The position numbers were made by a program, and so were the translations under genes. Of a stretch of 64,000 bases of DNA, positions 47,961-56,938 are shown in pieces; within the stretch, counting starts at the first letter, position 1, and each line of letters opens with the position of its first letter. The notes under the pieces were generated by a model that worked only from the letters and a program-made list of their open reading frames with translations, searched no databases and was not told the DNA's origin. Origin of the DNA: Ilyomonas sp. (GTDB taxonomy: Bacteria; Bacteroidota; Bacteroidia; Chitinophagales; Chitinophagaceae). The stretch is taken from NCBI GenBank assembly GCA_965277535.1, contig OZ255825.1, forward strand, positions 900,227 through 964,226, written 5' to 3'.

Positions 47961-48246
47961 CATAGAAGTACGTCCGTTGGCAGCTCTTGAAATTATTGAG
48001 GCTTACGATTGGTATGAGATGCAACAAGAAGGTTTAGGACTGCAATTTTTACATGAAGTAGACTCATTTTATGAAAGCCTGCTTCGCAATCCGTTTACTT
48101 ATTCATATTATGACGAACCGGTAAGAGAAGGCAGATTACAACGTTTCCCTTACATGGTTGTATATGAAATTTTTGAACCTGATAGAATAATGACCTATAG
48201 TGTGTTTATGGCAAAACAAAACCCTTCCTATAAGCGGACATTTTAA
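47950..48246 (+). CDS. RelE/ParE-family toxin
   Basis: A..EI.EAYDWYE.QQEGLG..F..EV..L..NP..RFPY.VVY pattern. Confidence 0.85.
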   Translation: MPYSIEVRPLAALEIIEAYDWYEMQQEGLGLQFLHEVDSFYESLLRNPFTYSYYDEPVREGRLQRFPYMVVYEIFEPDRIMTYSVFMAKQNPSYKRTF

Positions 48247-48284
48247 AATCGTTTTTCTAAGAATGTAGAGCCAAAACAAAAAAA

Positions 48285-48308
48285 TCCCCGATAGAAAACC
48301 ACCGGGGA
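48285..48308 (-). terminator. Intrinsic terminator of ftsZ
   Basis: TCCCCG-N12-CGGGGA followed by a U-tract on the minus strand. Confidence 0.65.
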
Positions 48309-48339
48309 GATACAACTAAAAACACGACCTTAATTAATA

Positions 48340-50241
48340 TTAATCCGGCTTTTTGCCGTCTAAAAATGTATTCAAAGTAGAAAGGTTAGCTTCCTTGCCA
48401 CCTTCCTTATTCACTGTTACTTTACTATAATAATTTTCTGCACCGGAGTTCATACTATTGCCATACATTTCCATATTGCGACGCACATAAGCCGGAACAT
48501 TGTCAAACTCATTGTTTACTTCAGTATTGTTCATATTGAACGACAAGTTGCGCAACTTTGCCAAACGCTGTTGTGCACGTGCTTTCTTTTCCGCCTCTTC
48601 ATTCGATTCAACTCCATAGTCGCCGTTCTGCATTTGAGGCTGAACAGGTTGCGTTCCTGCATTTGGTTTTATCACCAATTCAAGTTGCACATCTTCTTCG
48701 TTTTCACCTGCAAAAGGATTGTTCACTTTTGGTTGTTGAACAACAGGCTCTGCCGGTTTAACAGGTTGCACTTTTTGTGCAGGTTGTTGAACATACGTTT
48801 GTGGTTGTTGCTGCGGCTGAACCGCTTGCTGAGGCGCAGTTTGAGGCTTGGAAGCTTCAGCATAAATATTCACCGGCTTGTTTAAAAAGCTGCTGTGATG
48901 CGGTGTATGATGAACCGGCTGCACAGGCTGTTGCTGAACCGTTTTTACTTCTGGCTTTTCTTTATATTCCATGCGCAAATACTCTGGCTCGCTGGCAACT
49001 ACTTGTGGCTTCTGTTCAGGCTTCGGCTCTTGTACAAAATCAAACTGCAATACCATTTTTTCCTCTTCAACAGGCTCGATTGTTTTTGGTTGTGAAGAAG
49101 CCACAAACTGCTTTGTTTCCACTACTGGCTCCGATAATTTTGGCATCAACGGATTTTCTTCTTTCACCTGAACAACAGGCTGCCGGAGAGCTTCATTGCT
49201 ATCGCTTAAAGACATCAGCACTTTCTCTTGTTTCGGTTGTTGCTTTACCTGTGGTACTACTTTTGTAAACGGATCTTTTTGTTCAAAGCCGGTTGCAATT
49301 AAAGTAATGCCTATCTTATCTTCCAATGCATTATCGTAACCCATGCCCACAATCACATCTGAAAACTCGCCGGCTTGCGAACGAAGATAATTGTTGATAA
49401 TTTCCAATTCGTCCATCGTGCATTCGTTTTCCCCTTCTGCACTGTTGATATTAATTAAAATCCATTTGGCTCCGCTAATGTCGTTATCATTCAGCAATGG
49501 TGAGTTCAAAGCTTCTTCAATGGCACGCTGGGCGCGGTTTTCGCCACCTACAGCAGAGCTTCCTAAAATTGCCACACCGCCGTTTTTCATTACAGTGCAT
49601 ACATCTGCAAAGTCAACAATGATATGCCCGCGGCTGTTGATAATATCAGTTATACATTTTGCTGCAGTAGCCAGCACATTATCGGCTTTTCCAAATGCTT
49701 CACGCATTTTTAAATTGCCATATTGCATCCGTAATTTATCGTTGCTGATAACAAGCAATGTATCTACATAAGGTTCCAATTGCTTGATACCATTTTCAGC
49801 CTGTGCAATGCGACGTGGACCTTCAAACGGAAAAGGTGTAGTAACAATACCAACGGTTAATATGCCTAAGTCGCGGCAAATCTTTGCAATAATGGGAGCG
49901 CCACCTGTTCCGGTTCCACCACCCATGCCAGCACAAATGAAAGCCATGCGTGTGTTCACTTCCAAAATGCGTTTGATTTCTTCCAGCGATTCTTCGGTTG
50001 CCTGCTTGCCTACTTCAGGGTTGGCGCCTGCACCCAAGCCTTGTGTGAGATGTGGCCCTAACTGTATTTTGTTTGGAATTTTGCTTTGCTCCAATGCTTT
50101 TGCATCGGTATTACAAATAATGAAATCAACGCCTTCAATGTCTTCACCAAACATGAAATTTACTGCGTTGCTTCCGCCGCCGCCAACGCCCAATACTTTT
50201 ATAATCGAAGACTTTTGCTTCGGAATATCAAACTCAATCAT
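48340..50241 (-). CDS. ftsZ: Cell division protein FtsZ with long Q/P/E-rich linker
   Basis: GVGGGGSNAV, GMGGGTGTG, VDFAD, PAYVRR, FLDGKKPD end. Confidence 0.97.
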   Translation of the reverse strand: MIEFDIPKQKSSIIKVLGVGGGGSNAVNFMFGEDIEGVDFIICNTDAKALEQSKIPNKIQLGPHLTQGLGAGANPEVGKQATEESLEEIKRILEVNTRMAFICAGMGGGTGTGGAPIIAKICRDLGILTVGIVTTPFPFEGPRRIAQAENGIKQLEPYVDTLLVISNDKLRMQYGNLKMREAFGKADNVLATAAKCITDIINSRGHIIVDFADVCTVMKNGGVAILGSSAVGGENRAQRAIEEALNSPLLNDNDISGAKWILININSAEGENECTMDELEIINNYLRSQAGEFSDVIVGMGYDNALEDKIGITLIATGFEQKDPFTKVVPQVKQQPKQEKVLMSLSDSNEALRQPVVQVKEENPLMPKLSEPVVETKQFVASSQPKTIEPVEEEKMVLQFDFVQEPKPEQKPQVVASEPEYLRMEYKEKPEVKTVQQQPVQPVHHTPHHSSFLNKPVNIYAEASKPQTAPQQAVQPQQQPQTYVQQPAQKVQPVKPAEPVVQQPKVNNPFAGENEEDVQLELVIKPNAGTQPVQPQMQNGDYGVESNEEAEKKARAQQRLAKLRNLSFNMNNTEVNNEFDNVPAYVRRNMEMYGNSMNSGAENYYSKVTVNKEGGKEANLSTLNTFLDGKKPD

Positions 50242-50278
50242 GATAATAATTTTATTGTTTTAGTTGTATTTTTTAATT

Positions 50279-50342
50279 GTGAGCGGTGAATGGTGAGTCT
50301 GAATAATGAATCGTTTCCTATACTCACCATTCACTACTCGCT
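50279..50342. repeat. Inverted heptamer arrays (GTGAATG/GTGAGT vs ACTCACC/ATTCACT)
   Basis: Fills the ftsA-ftsZ gap. The two halves are complementary. Confidence 0.7.
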
Positions 50343-51726
50343 ATTTCATTTCCATATCACCTTCTTCTTTAAAAAGGTCAATGATGCTGTCTTTAAATTT
50401 ATCCCAAAAAGAGTTCAGGCCTTTTTTTCTTTTGCTGATGTCAACTGCAGGCGATGCTGCTGCAACAGCAATGCTTTCTTTTGCTGCAACCGGCTCTTCT
50501 TTCTTCAATGTTTGTGGTATTTCAATACGAGTAAATGATGTATCGAAGTCTTTCTTTTGATTTTCAAAATCGCTATAGCCTTTTAGTATCAAACCAATAC
50601 AGGTTGCATACATGGGCTTTTTCAGTTCATCAATGTGAGCCGGAGCCAGGTGTTCATTAGGAAGACCAATGCGTGCATTTAGGCCGGTAGTGTATTCGGT
50701 AAGCTGCATTAAATGCTTTAATTGAGAACCGCCGCCCGTTAAAATAATGCCGCCGTTCAACATGCGTTCCAGTCCGATTTGTTTTAAATGATAAGTAACA
50801 AAATCGAGTATCTCACTCATTCGCGCCTGAATGATATTCGCCAGATTCTTTACACTTATTTCCTTGGCGGGCATCCCTTTTATTCCGGGTATGGTAATGT
50901 AAGCATTGTCTTGCGCTTCGTTGGCCAGCGCACTGCCAAACTGCATCTTCATCGCTTCTGCCTGACTTTTTAAAACGCCCAATCCCAAACGAATGTCGTT
51001 GGTAATATTTTCGCCGCCAAACGGAATTACAGCCGTATGTTTTAAAATGCCATCATAAAAGATAGCAAGGTCGCTGGTGCCACCGCCGATGTCTAAAATG
51101 GCTACACCGGCTTCCATGTCAATATCGCTCATTACAGCCGCCGCAGAAGCGAGTGGCTGTAATACCAAATCTTTTGTTTTTAAATGACTTCTTTCTATTG
51201 CGCGATTGATGTTTCTAATCGCATTTCTATCGCCGGTAATGATGTGAAAATTAGCGCCCACTTTCACGCCGTTGTAACCAACCGGGTCTTTAATGTTTTG
51301 AAAATTATCAACATGAAAATCCTGTGGAATCACTTCAATAATCTGGTCGCCCGCAGGAATAAATGTTTTGCGTTGGTTCTCGATTAACTGTTCAATTTCT
51401 TCTTTGCGGATTTCTGTTTCACTGTCTTGCCGTACAATGTCGCCGCGGGTTTGCAGGCTTTTAATGTGATGTCCGGCAACGCCTACATACACTTCTTTAA
51501 TTTCAAGATCGGGATTGCTTTCGTAACAGTTCATCAACGCCTGTTGAATGGCTTTGATGGTTTGATCAATGTTTAACACCTGACCGTGTTGTACGCCGTT
51601 GCTGTTGGCGCGACCAAAGCCTAAAATCTCAAGTTTGCCCCCTTCATTTTTTCGACCGGCAATAGCAGCAATTTTGGTTGTGCCAATATCTAAACCTACA
51701 ATGATTGGCGCGTCGTTTACATTCAT
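50341..51726 (-). CDS. ftsA: Cell division protein FtsA
   Basis: GLDIGTTKI, LDIGGGTSD, LTGGGSQL, C-terminal amphipathic helix. Confidence 0.96.
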   Translation of the reverse strand: MNVNDAPIIVGLDIGTTKIAAIAGRKNEGGKLEILGFGRANSNGVQHGQVLNIDQTIKAIQQALMNCYESNPDLEIKEVYVGVAGHHIKSLQTRGDIVRQDSETEIRKEEIEQLIENQRKTFIPAGDQIIEVIPQDFHVDNFQNIKDPVGYNGVKVGANFHIITGDRNAIRNINRAIERSHLKTKDLVLQPLASAAAVMSDIDMEAGVAILDIGGGTSDLAIFYDGILKHTAVIPFGGENITNDIRLGLGVLKSQAEAMKMQFGSALANEAQDNAYITIPGIKGMPAKEISVKNLANIIQARMSEILDFVTYHLKQIGLERMLNGGIILTGGGSQLKHLMQLTEYTTGLNARIGLPNEHLAPAHIDELKKPMYATCIGLILKGYSDFENQKKDFDTSFTRIEIPQTLKKEEPVAAKESIAVAAASPAVDISKRKKGLNSFWDKFKDSIIDLFKEEGDMEMK

Positions 51727-52068
51727 ATATGCTCGTGTTTTAGTTGTTTTCTCATTTCCAATTTCTACTGTTCAAGGCGTACATTTTTATGGCATTGCAA
51801 CATCAATAACAAAGCTGGCACTGCTATTTCTGATGCAAAAATCAATATAAGTAATCTGTGGTTTGCTGCTAAAACACAACGTCAAAAAATCATTAGCAAG
51901 GATATGGATTCTCCTTTTGCCTTTATTGTTTCAAAGAAATTGCAAGGTGCAAATTCAACATTATTTCAATGCAAAAGTGTACATCGTGTACATCTATATG
52001 CAATCATTTTTTTTCTTCACATTAATGTGATTTAATTGGGTATTGTTCCTTTTGGCATTAGCGGCATT

Positions 52069-53088
52069 TCATCGTTTTTTGCTTCGGTACTTTGTTGTTG
52101 ATTTTGCTTTTGCGGCAGAACCAAGTTTGGTTTTGTTCATATTATTGTTAACAGTTGTGGCACTATCTATAGGCACTTTTACTGCCTGTTGAATAGCTGT
52201 ATCGGGCAATGCTTTTTGTGCTATATCTACTTCACGAAAAAACAAAGAAGAATCTTTCAAAATATCAATACCCGAACGCATAGCTGTTACGATTCGCTGG
52301 GCTAAAACTGAGTCTATATAAGGCTTTGGTGCACCTCGCCGTGTGGCTACTACCTGATTGGCAAACGACACGTTGATGGTTTCATATTTCTCAAACCCGC
52401 TCTTTGCCCACACTTGTTTATAAAAAGCGGAAAGCCTGCTAAATTTCGATTCTAAACTATCGGCATTTCCAAAAATAATAGTTTGATTTCCTGCTGCAGG
52501 GATAATATTAAATGTGCTATGCGGTGTAATCACAACTTGCGAAACCATTGCATTCCAAAACGAATCCTGCTGAATAAATACAGCTATATTTTTTACATCA
52601 TACAATAACAAACTATCGGGTTTTGACAAATGCTTTTTATCAGACGTAAAAGAAGTAAATACAGGAACATGCGCTGTATAATCAGAGCTTAGCGGCAACT
52701 TTTTTCCAGTACTATCAATATAAAAAGAAGAGCCATTTACAGTAAAAATTCTTGCTATCGGTTCGCGCTCTTTTATCTTTACCTGCAGGACGCTGTTGTT
52801 ATCAAAATACAGCTCTGCATTCTGAATCCATGCGTTTGTTTTTACCGTATTTTCAAGTGTTCGCAATTCAATATCACTTCTCTGTTTACCAACAACAGCA
52901 CCATTGTTTTGTAGAATTGTTACAATGTCTTTTTCATCAACAAAAGGATGTCCTTCGTTATCTTCAATATCAACTTTTATATCGCTGCAAATGGATTTCT
53001 TTTTTTGTTGAACAGCCGCCACCAGCAAGCCAGCCACTGCAACGGCAAGTAGCCACCATAATGATGCTATGATGCGTTGCTTCAGCAT
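52069..53088 (-). CDS. ftsQ: Cell division protein FtsQ/DivIB
   Basis: Single N-terminal TM helix, POTRA-like region, IKEREPIARI, position between murC and ftsA. Confidence 0.85.
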   Translation of the reverse strand: MLKQRIIASLWWLLAVAVAGLLVAAVQQKKKSICSDIKVDIEDNEGHPFVDEKDIVTILQNNGAVVGKQRSDIELRTLENTVKTNAWIQNAELYFDNNSVLQVKIKEREPIARIFTVNGSSFYIDSTGKKLPLSSDYTAHVPVFTSFTSDKKHLSKPDSLLLYDVKNIAVFIQQDSFWNAMVSQVVITPHSTFNIIPAAGNQTIIFGNADSLESKFSRLSAFYKQVWAKSGFEKYETINVSFANQVVATRRGAPKPYIDSVLAQRIVTAMRSGIDILKDSSLFFREVDIAQKALPDTAIQQAVKVPIDSATTVNNNMNKTKLGSAAKAKSTTKYRSKKR

Positions 53089-53089
53089 G

Positions 53090-54475
53090 TTACAACAAAC
53101 TTTCTTTTACTTTATTTACTAATACATCAATGTCGCCGGCACCGCACATTGCCAATAGTTTCGGCTGTTCCTGCGCAATCACTTGCAGCGCCACTTCCTT
53201 CGATAAAAGCCTTTTGTTTTTGATTGATATTTCATGAAAAATCAGTTCGCTTGTTACGCCAGGCATTGGCAGTTCTCTTGCCGGATAAATGGGTAAAAGG
53301 ATCACTTCGTCGGCGAGACTTAATACAGCACCAAATTCTTTATACAAATCTTTGGTACGACTGAACAAATGGGGTTGAAACATAACGGTCAGATGCTCTT
53401 TGTACAAGCTGCGCACACCTGTAATTAAAGCTCTTAATTCTTCGGGATGATGTGCATAATCATCAATCAAAACGTGCTTTTCATTTTTGACGATGTATTC
53501 AAATCTTCGCCTTACGCCTTTAAAATTTGCAATGGCAGCTTTTATTTTATTATCATCAAAATTCAGATGCTTAGCAATAGCAATGGCAACAATGCTGTTT
53601 TCAATGTTATGCAATCCGCCCATGTACAACACCATGTCGGTTACTCTCCAGTTTTTGCCAACTACATCATACCGATAAGAGCCATTTTCTACTTTTATAT
53701 TGGCTGCAAAAACGTCTGCGTCTTTATTGTCAAAACTGTAAGTGAGATGTTTCTTTGCCTTTAGTTCATCGCTTCGGTGTAAACCATATTTGGTCAATAA
53801 TAAACCATCCGGTTTGAGTTGCTTTGTAAATTGAATAAAAGCGTTTATAACTTCTTCAGGCGTGCCGTAAATATCAAGATGGTCGGGGTCCATTGCAGTT
53901 ACTACTGCCACATCAGGAACGAGTTTTAGAAATGAACGGTCATATTCATCGGCTTCTACCACAACAACATTATTATCACTGCTCCAGAAGTTGGTGTTGT
54001 AATTGGCTGCAATGCCACCTAAGAAAGCGTTTGCGCCATATCCGCTGTCGCGGAGAAGGTGCGCCGTCATTGTAGTGATGGTTGTTTTACCATGTGTTCC
54101 GGCAATACAAATATTAAATGAGTTTTGTGTAATCCATTGCAAAATATCGCTGCGCTTTACAACGGTGTAGTTGTTTTCTTTATAAAACAAAAACTCTTTA
54201 TGATCTTTTGGAATGGCAGGCGTATAAACCACTACACCCACGCCTTTTGGAATGAGGTCAATGTTGTCTTCAAAATGAATGGGAACACCGGATTGAATTA
54301 ACTCATCGGTAAGCGATGTTGGTGTTCTGTCGTAGCCGCTTACATTGGCACCTTTGCTTTTAAAATAACGAGCCAGCGCACTCATGCCAATGCCGCCGAT
54401 GCCGATGAAGTAAACAGAATTTATTTTTACATCGGCCGCAAGCAAGGGTAATGCCTGTTGAGTGTTTTGATCCAT
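53090..54475 (-). CDS. murC: UDP-N-acetylmuramate-L-alanine ligase
   Basis: FIGIGGIGMSALA, AGTHGKTTIT, EADEYDRSF, DDYAHHP, FQPHLFSRT. Confidence 0.96.
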   Translation of the reverse strand: MDQNTQQALPLLAADVKINSVYFIGIGGIGMSALARYFKSKGANVSGYDRTPTSLTDELIQSGVPIHFEDNIDLIPKGVGVVVYTPAIPKDHKEFLFYKENNYTVVKRSDILQWITQNSFNICIAGTHGKTTITTMTAHLLRDSGYGANAFLGGIAANYNTNFWSSDNNVVVVEADEYDRSFLKLVPDVAVVTAMDPDHLDIYGTPEEVINAFIQFTKQLKPDGLLLTKYGLHRSDELKAKKHLTYSFDNKDADVFAANIKVENGSYRYDVVGKNWRVTDMVLYMGGLHNIENSIVAIAIAKHLNFDDNKIKAAIANFKGVRRRFEYIVKNEKHVLIDDYAHHPEELRALITGVRSLYKEHLTVMFQPHLFSRTKDLYKEFGAVLSLADEVILLPIYPARELPMPGVTSELIFHEISIKNKRLLSKEVALQVIAQEQPKLLAMCGAGDIDVLVNKVKESLL

Positions 54476-54487
54476 GAAGAAGAATGA

Positions 54488-55624
54488 TTATAAAGATTGT
54501 AAAATTTGTTCGGCAATGATTTCATCTGCATTTGTAACGGCAAGTTTTGCAATATTGGTTTCCAATTTTTGCTGTTTGTTTTCATCAAATAAAAGGTTGG
54601 TAACCGTACTGAACAATTTGCCTCCTGCTTCGTTGTCTTTTACCAGTAAAGCTGCGTTTTTATCAACCAGATATTTTGCATTTTCGGTTTGATGATCTTC
54701 GGCAGCATGAGGAAACGGAACAAACACGACTGCTTTTTTTGCAGCGCACAATTCAGCTACCGACATAGCACCGGAGCGTGAAATAACAACATCAGCCGCG
54801 GCATACGCTTTATCCATATCCTGTATAAAATCGTTCACCCAAACAAATGATTTTCCACTACCACGCTGTATGTAAGTATTGGCGGTTGCTTTGCCGGTTT
54901 GCCAAATCAGTTGGGCGTTTAATGACGCCAGTTCTGATACATGATACGCAAGCACTTCATTAATGCTTTTTGCACCCAAACTTCCACCAATGGCAAGGAT
55001 GGTTTTCTTGCCATTTTCCAACCCAAAAAATGCCAATGCCTCTTGTTGAGAAATAGTAATGTGAGAAATAGATTTCCGAATCGGATTGCCTGTTACAACA
55101 ATCTTTTCAGCAGGAAAGAATTTATCCATTCCAGTAGAAGCCACGAAAATTTTAGTTGCCCTTTTACCCAATAAAATATTGCTCTTACCTGCAAACGAAT
55201 TGCTCTCGTGAATGAAAGTAGGGATGTTTTGTTTTTGCGCATATTTCAACACCGGATACGAAGAATAACCGCCCACACCAATCACTGCATCCGGCTTGAA
55301 TGTTCTAAGAATGCTACTCACCTCAAAAAAGCTTTTTATCAGCTTAAAAGGGAGTGTAATGTTTTTAAAAAGAGAACTTCTGTTGAAGCCGGCAATGTCA
55401 ATGCCTTTAATACTATAACCTGCCTGTGGCACCCTTTCCATCTCCATTCTTCCTTTTGCCCCTATAAATAGAAATTGTGCGGAAGGTTGCAACTTTTTAA
55501 TTGCATTGGCAATGGCAATGGCAGGAAAAATATGTCCTCCTGTACCACCGCCGGCAATGATAAAACGCCCCCCCGCCCCTAAAGGGGAGCTATGACGAGC
55601 ATCATTATTTGTTACTTCTTTCAT
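54488..55624 (-). CDS. murG: MurG GlcNAc transferase
   Basis: GGGTGGHIFP, GGYSS, GGSLGA, SRSGA, EDHQTENA. Confidence 0.95.
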   Translation of the reverse strand: MKEVTNNDARHSSPLGAGGRFIIAGGGTGGHIFPAIAIANAIKKLQPSAQFLFIGAKGRMEMERVPQAGYSIKGIDIAGFNRSSLFKNITLPFKLIKSFFEVSSILRTFKPDAVIGVGGYSSYPVLKYAQKQNIPTFIHESNSFAGKSNILLGKRATKIFVASTGMDKFFPAEKIVVTGNPIRKSISHITISQQEALAFFGLENGKKTILAIGGSLGAKSINEVLAYHVSELASLNAQLIWQTGKATANTYIQRGSGKSFVWVNDFIQDMDKAYAAADVVISRSGAMSVAELCAAKKAVVFVPFPHAAEDHQTENAKYLVDKNAALLVKDNEAGGKLFSTVTNLLFDENKQQKLETNIAKLAVTNADEIIAEQILQSL

Positions 55625-55692
55625 TTTAAAATTATAATCAAAACCAAATTTACTTACGCAGCTAAAGGTTCCCCTTTAGGGGCGGAGGGGCT
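55568..55692. repeat. Inverted pair of family-D-like palindromes inside the murG 5' and ftsW 3' ends
   Basis: CCCCCCCGCCCCTAAAGGGGAGCT (55568-55591) and GGTTCCCCTTTAGGGGCGGAGGGGCT (55667-55692) are near reverse complements. Confidence 0.8.
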
Positions 55693-56931
55693 TTGCTTCC
55701 CTTCCAGCTGTTCAACATTTGTTGCTACGCTTAATATAATTCCAATGGCTGCACATGTAAATAAAAAAGAGCTTCCTCCCATACTTACCAAGGGTAAAGT
55801 AACACCGGTAACCGGCGTAAGATTTACATTTACCGCCATGTTGGCAAGCGCTTGTATCACCATGCTGAAACTCAGGCCCAGTGCGAGAAAGGCACCAAAT
55901 GCATACGGGCATCTTTTAAAAATGTTGATACATCGAAACAAAAAAATCATGTAAATAAAAATGATAAACACGCCACCCAGTAAGCCGTATTCTTCTATAA
56001 TGATAGAATAAATAAAATCGTTGTAAGCCTGTGGCAAAAAATTGCGCTGCCGGCTTTTGCCGGGTCCCAATCCATACAACAAACTGCCATTGGCAATGGC
56101 AATATTCGCCTGCTGAACCTGGTAAGGTACTGCATCATCTTTAGCATATATAAAATCCTGCACACGACTTACCCAGGTTCCAAATCGTCCCATTGAAGTA
56201 AGCGTTTCCGATACTTTGTTTTTGTGCAATTCTTTTACGCCATCATTTGTTTTACCGGTATATGTACTTACGGCAATGGAAACAATCAAAGCAACAGGTA
56301 GAAGAGCAAGCCCCATCACCAACAACAAATGTTTGATGTGAACCCTGCCAATGAATAATAAGATTAACGAAGTAGCGCCAGTTAACAAAGCGTTGGAAAG
56401 GTTCGCAGGCATGATTAAAATACAGGTTAATGCGATGGGAACAATTAATGGAATAAAGCCCCGCTTAAAGTCTTTAATCACTTCCTGCTTGCGGCTTAAC
56501 TGTCTTGATAAATACATGAAGAGAGCCACTTTTGCAAAGTCGCTCGTTTGAAACGTCATGTGAATCACGGGCAATTTTATCCATCGGCTGCCTTCGTTAA
56601 TTTGTGCGCCGAAGAATAAAGTATAAATTAGTAGAGGAATGGAAATGAGGTACAATATCAACGCAACGCGGGAAAAGATGGTATAGTTGATGCGGTGCAA
56701 AAAATAAATGATGAGCAAGCCGATAACAATGAAGGAAAGCTGTTTAAACAAATACACTTCTGTATTGCCTTTGTACATTTTATAAGCCAGCGAGCCGGTA
56801 GCACTATACACTACCAGCACAGATGCCAGCGCCAGTAACAGCACACAGCTCCAGATGTATTTATCACCTTTCGCCTTGCTGCTTAAATGGCGAAAAGGCT
56901 GTTGTAAACTGAGTAAATCTGCCATAAACAA
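55654..56931 (-). CDS. ftsW: FtsW (SEDS family)
   Basis: RWIKLP..FQTSDFAK, FLPQAYNDFIY, GVTLPLVSMGGSS. Confidence 0.93.
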   Translation of the reverse strand: MFMADLLSLQQPFRHLSSKAKGDKYIWSCVLLLALASVLVVYSATGSLAYKMYKGNTEVYLFKQLSFIVIGLLIIYFLHRINYTIFSRVALILYLISIPLLIYTLFFGAQINEGSRWIKLPVIHMTFQTSDFAKVALFMYLSRQLSRKQEVIKDFKRGFIPLIVPIALTCILIMPANLSNALLTGATSLILLFIGRVHIKHLLLVMGLALLPVALIVSIAVSTYTGKTNDGVKELHKNKVSETLTSMGRFGTWVSRVQDFIYAKDDAVPYQVQQANIAIANGSLLYGLGPGKSRQRNFLPQAYNDFIYSIIIEEYGLLGGVFIIFIYMIFLFRCINIFKRCPYAFGAFLALGLSFSMVIQALANMAVNVNLTPVTGVTLPLVSMGGSSFLFTCAAIGIILSVATNVEQLEGKQSPSAPKGEPLAA

Positions 56932-56938
56932 AAACGGC

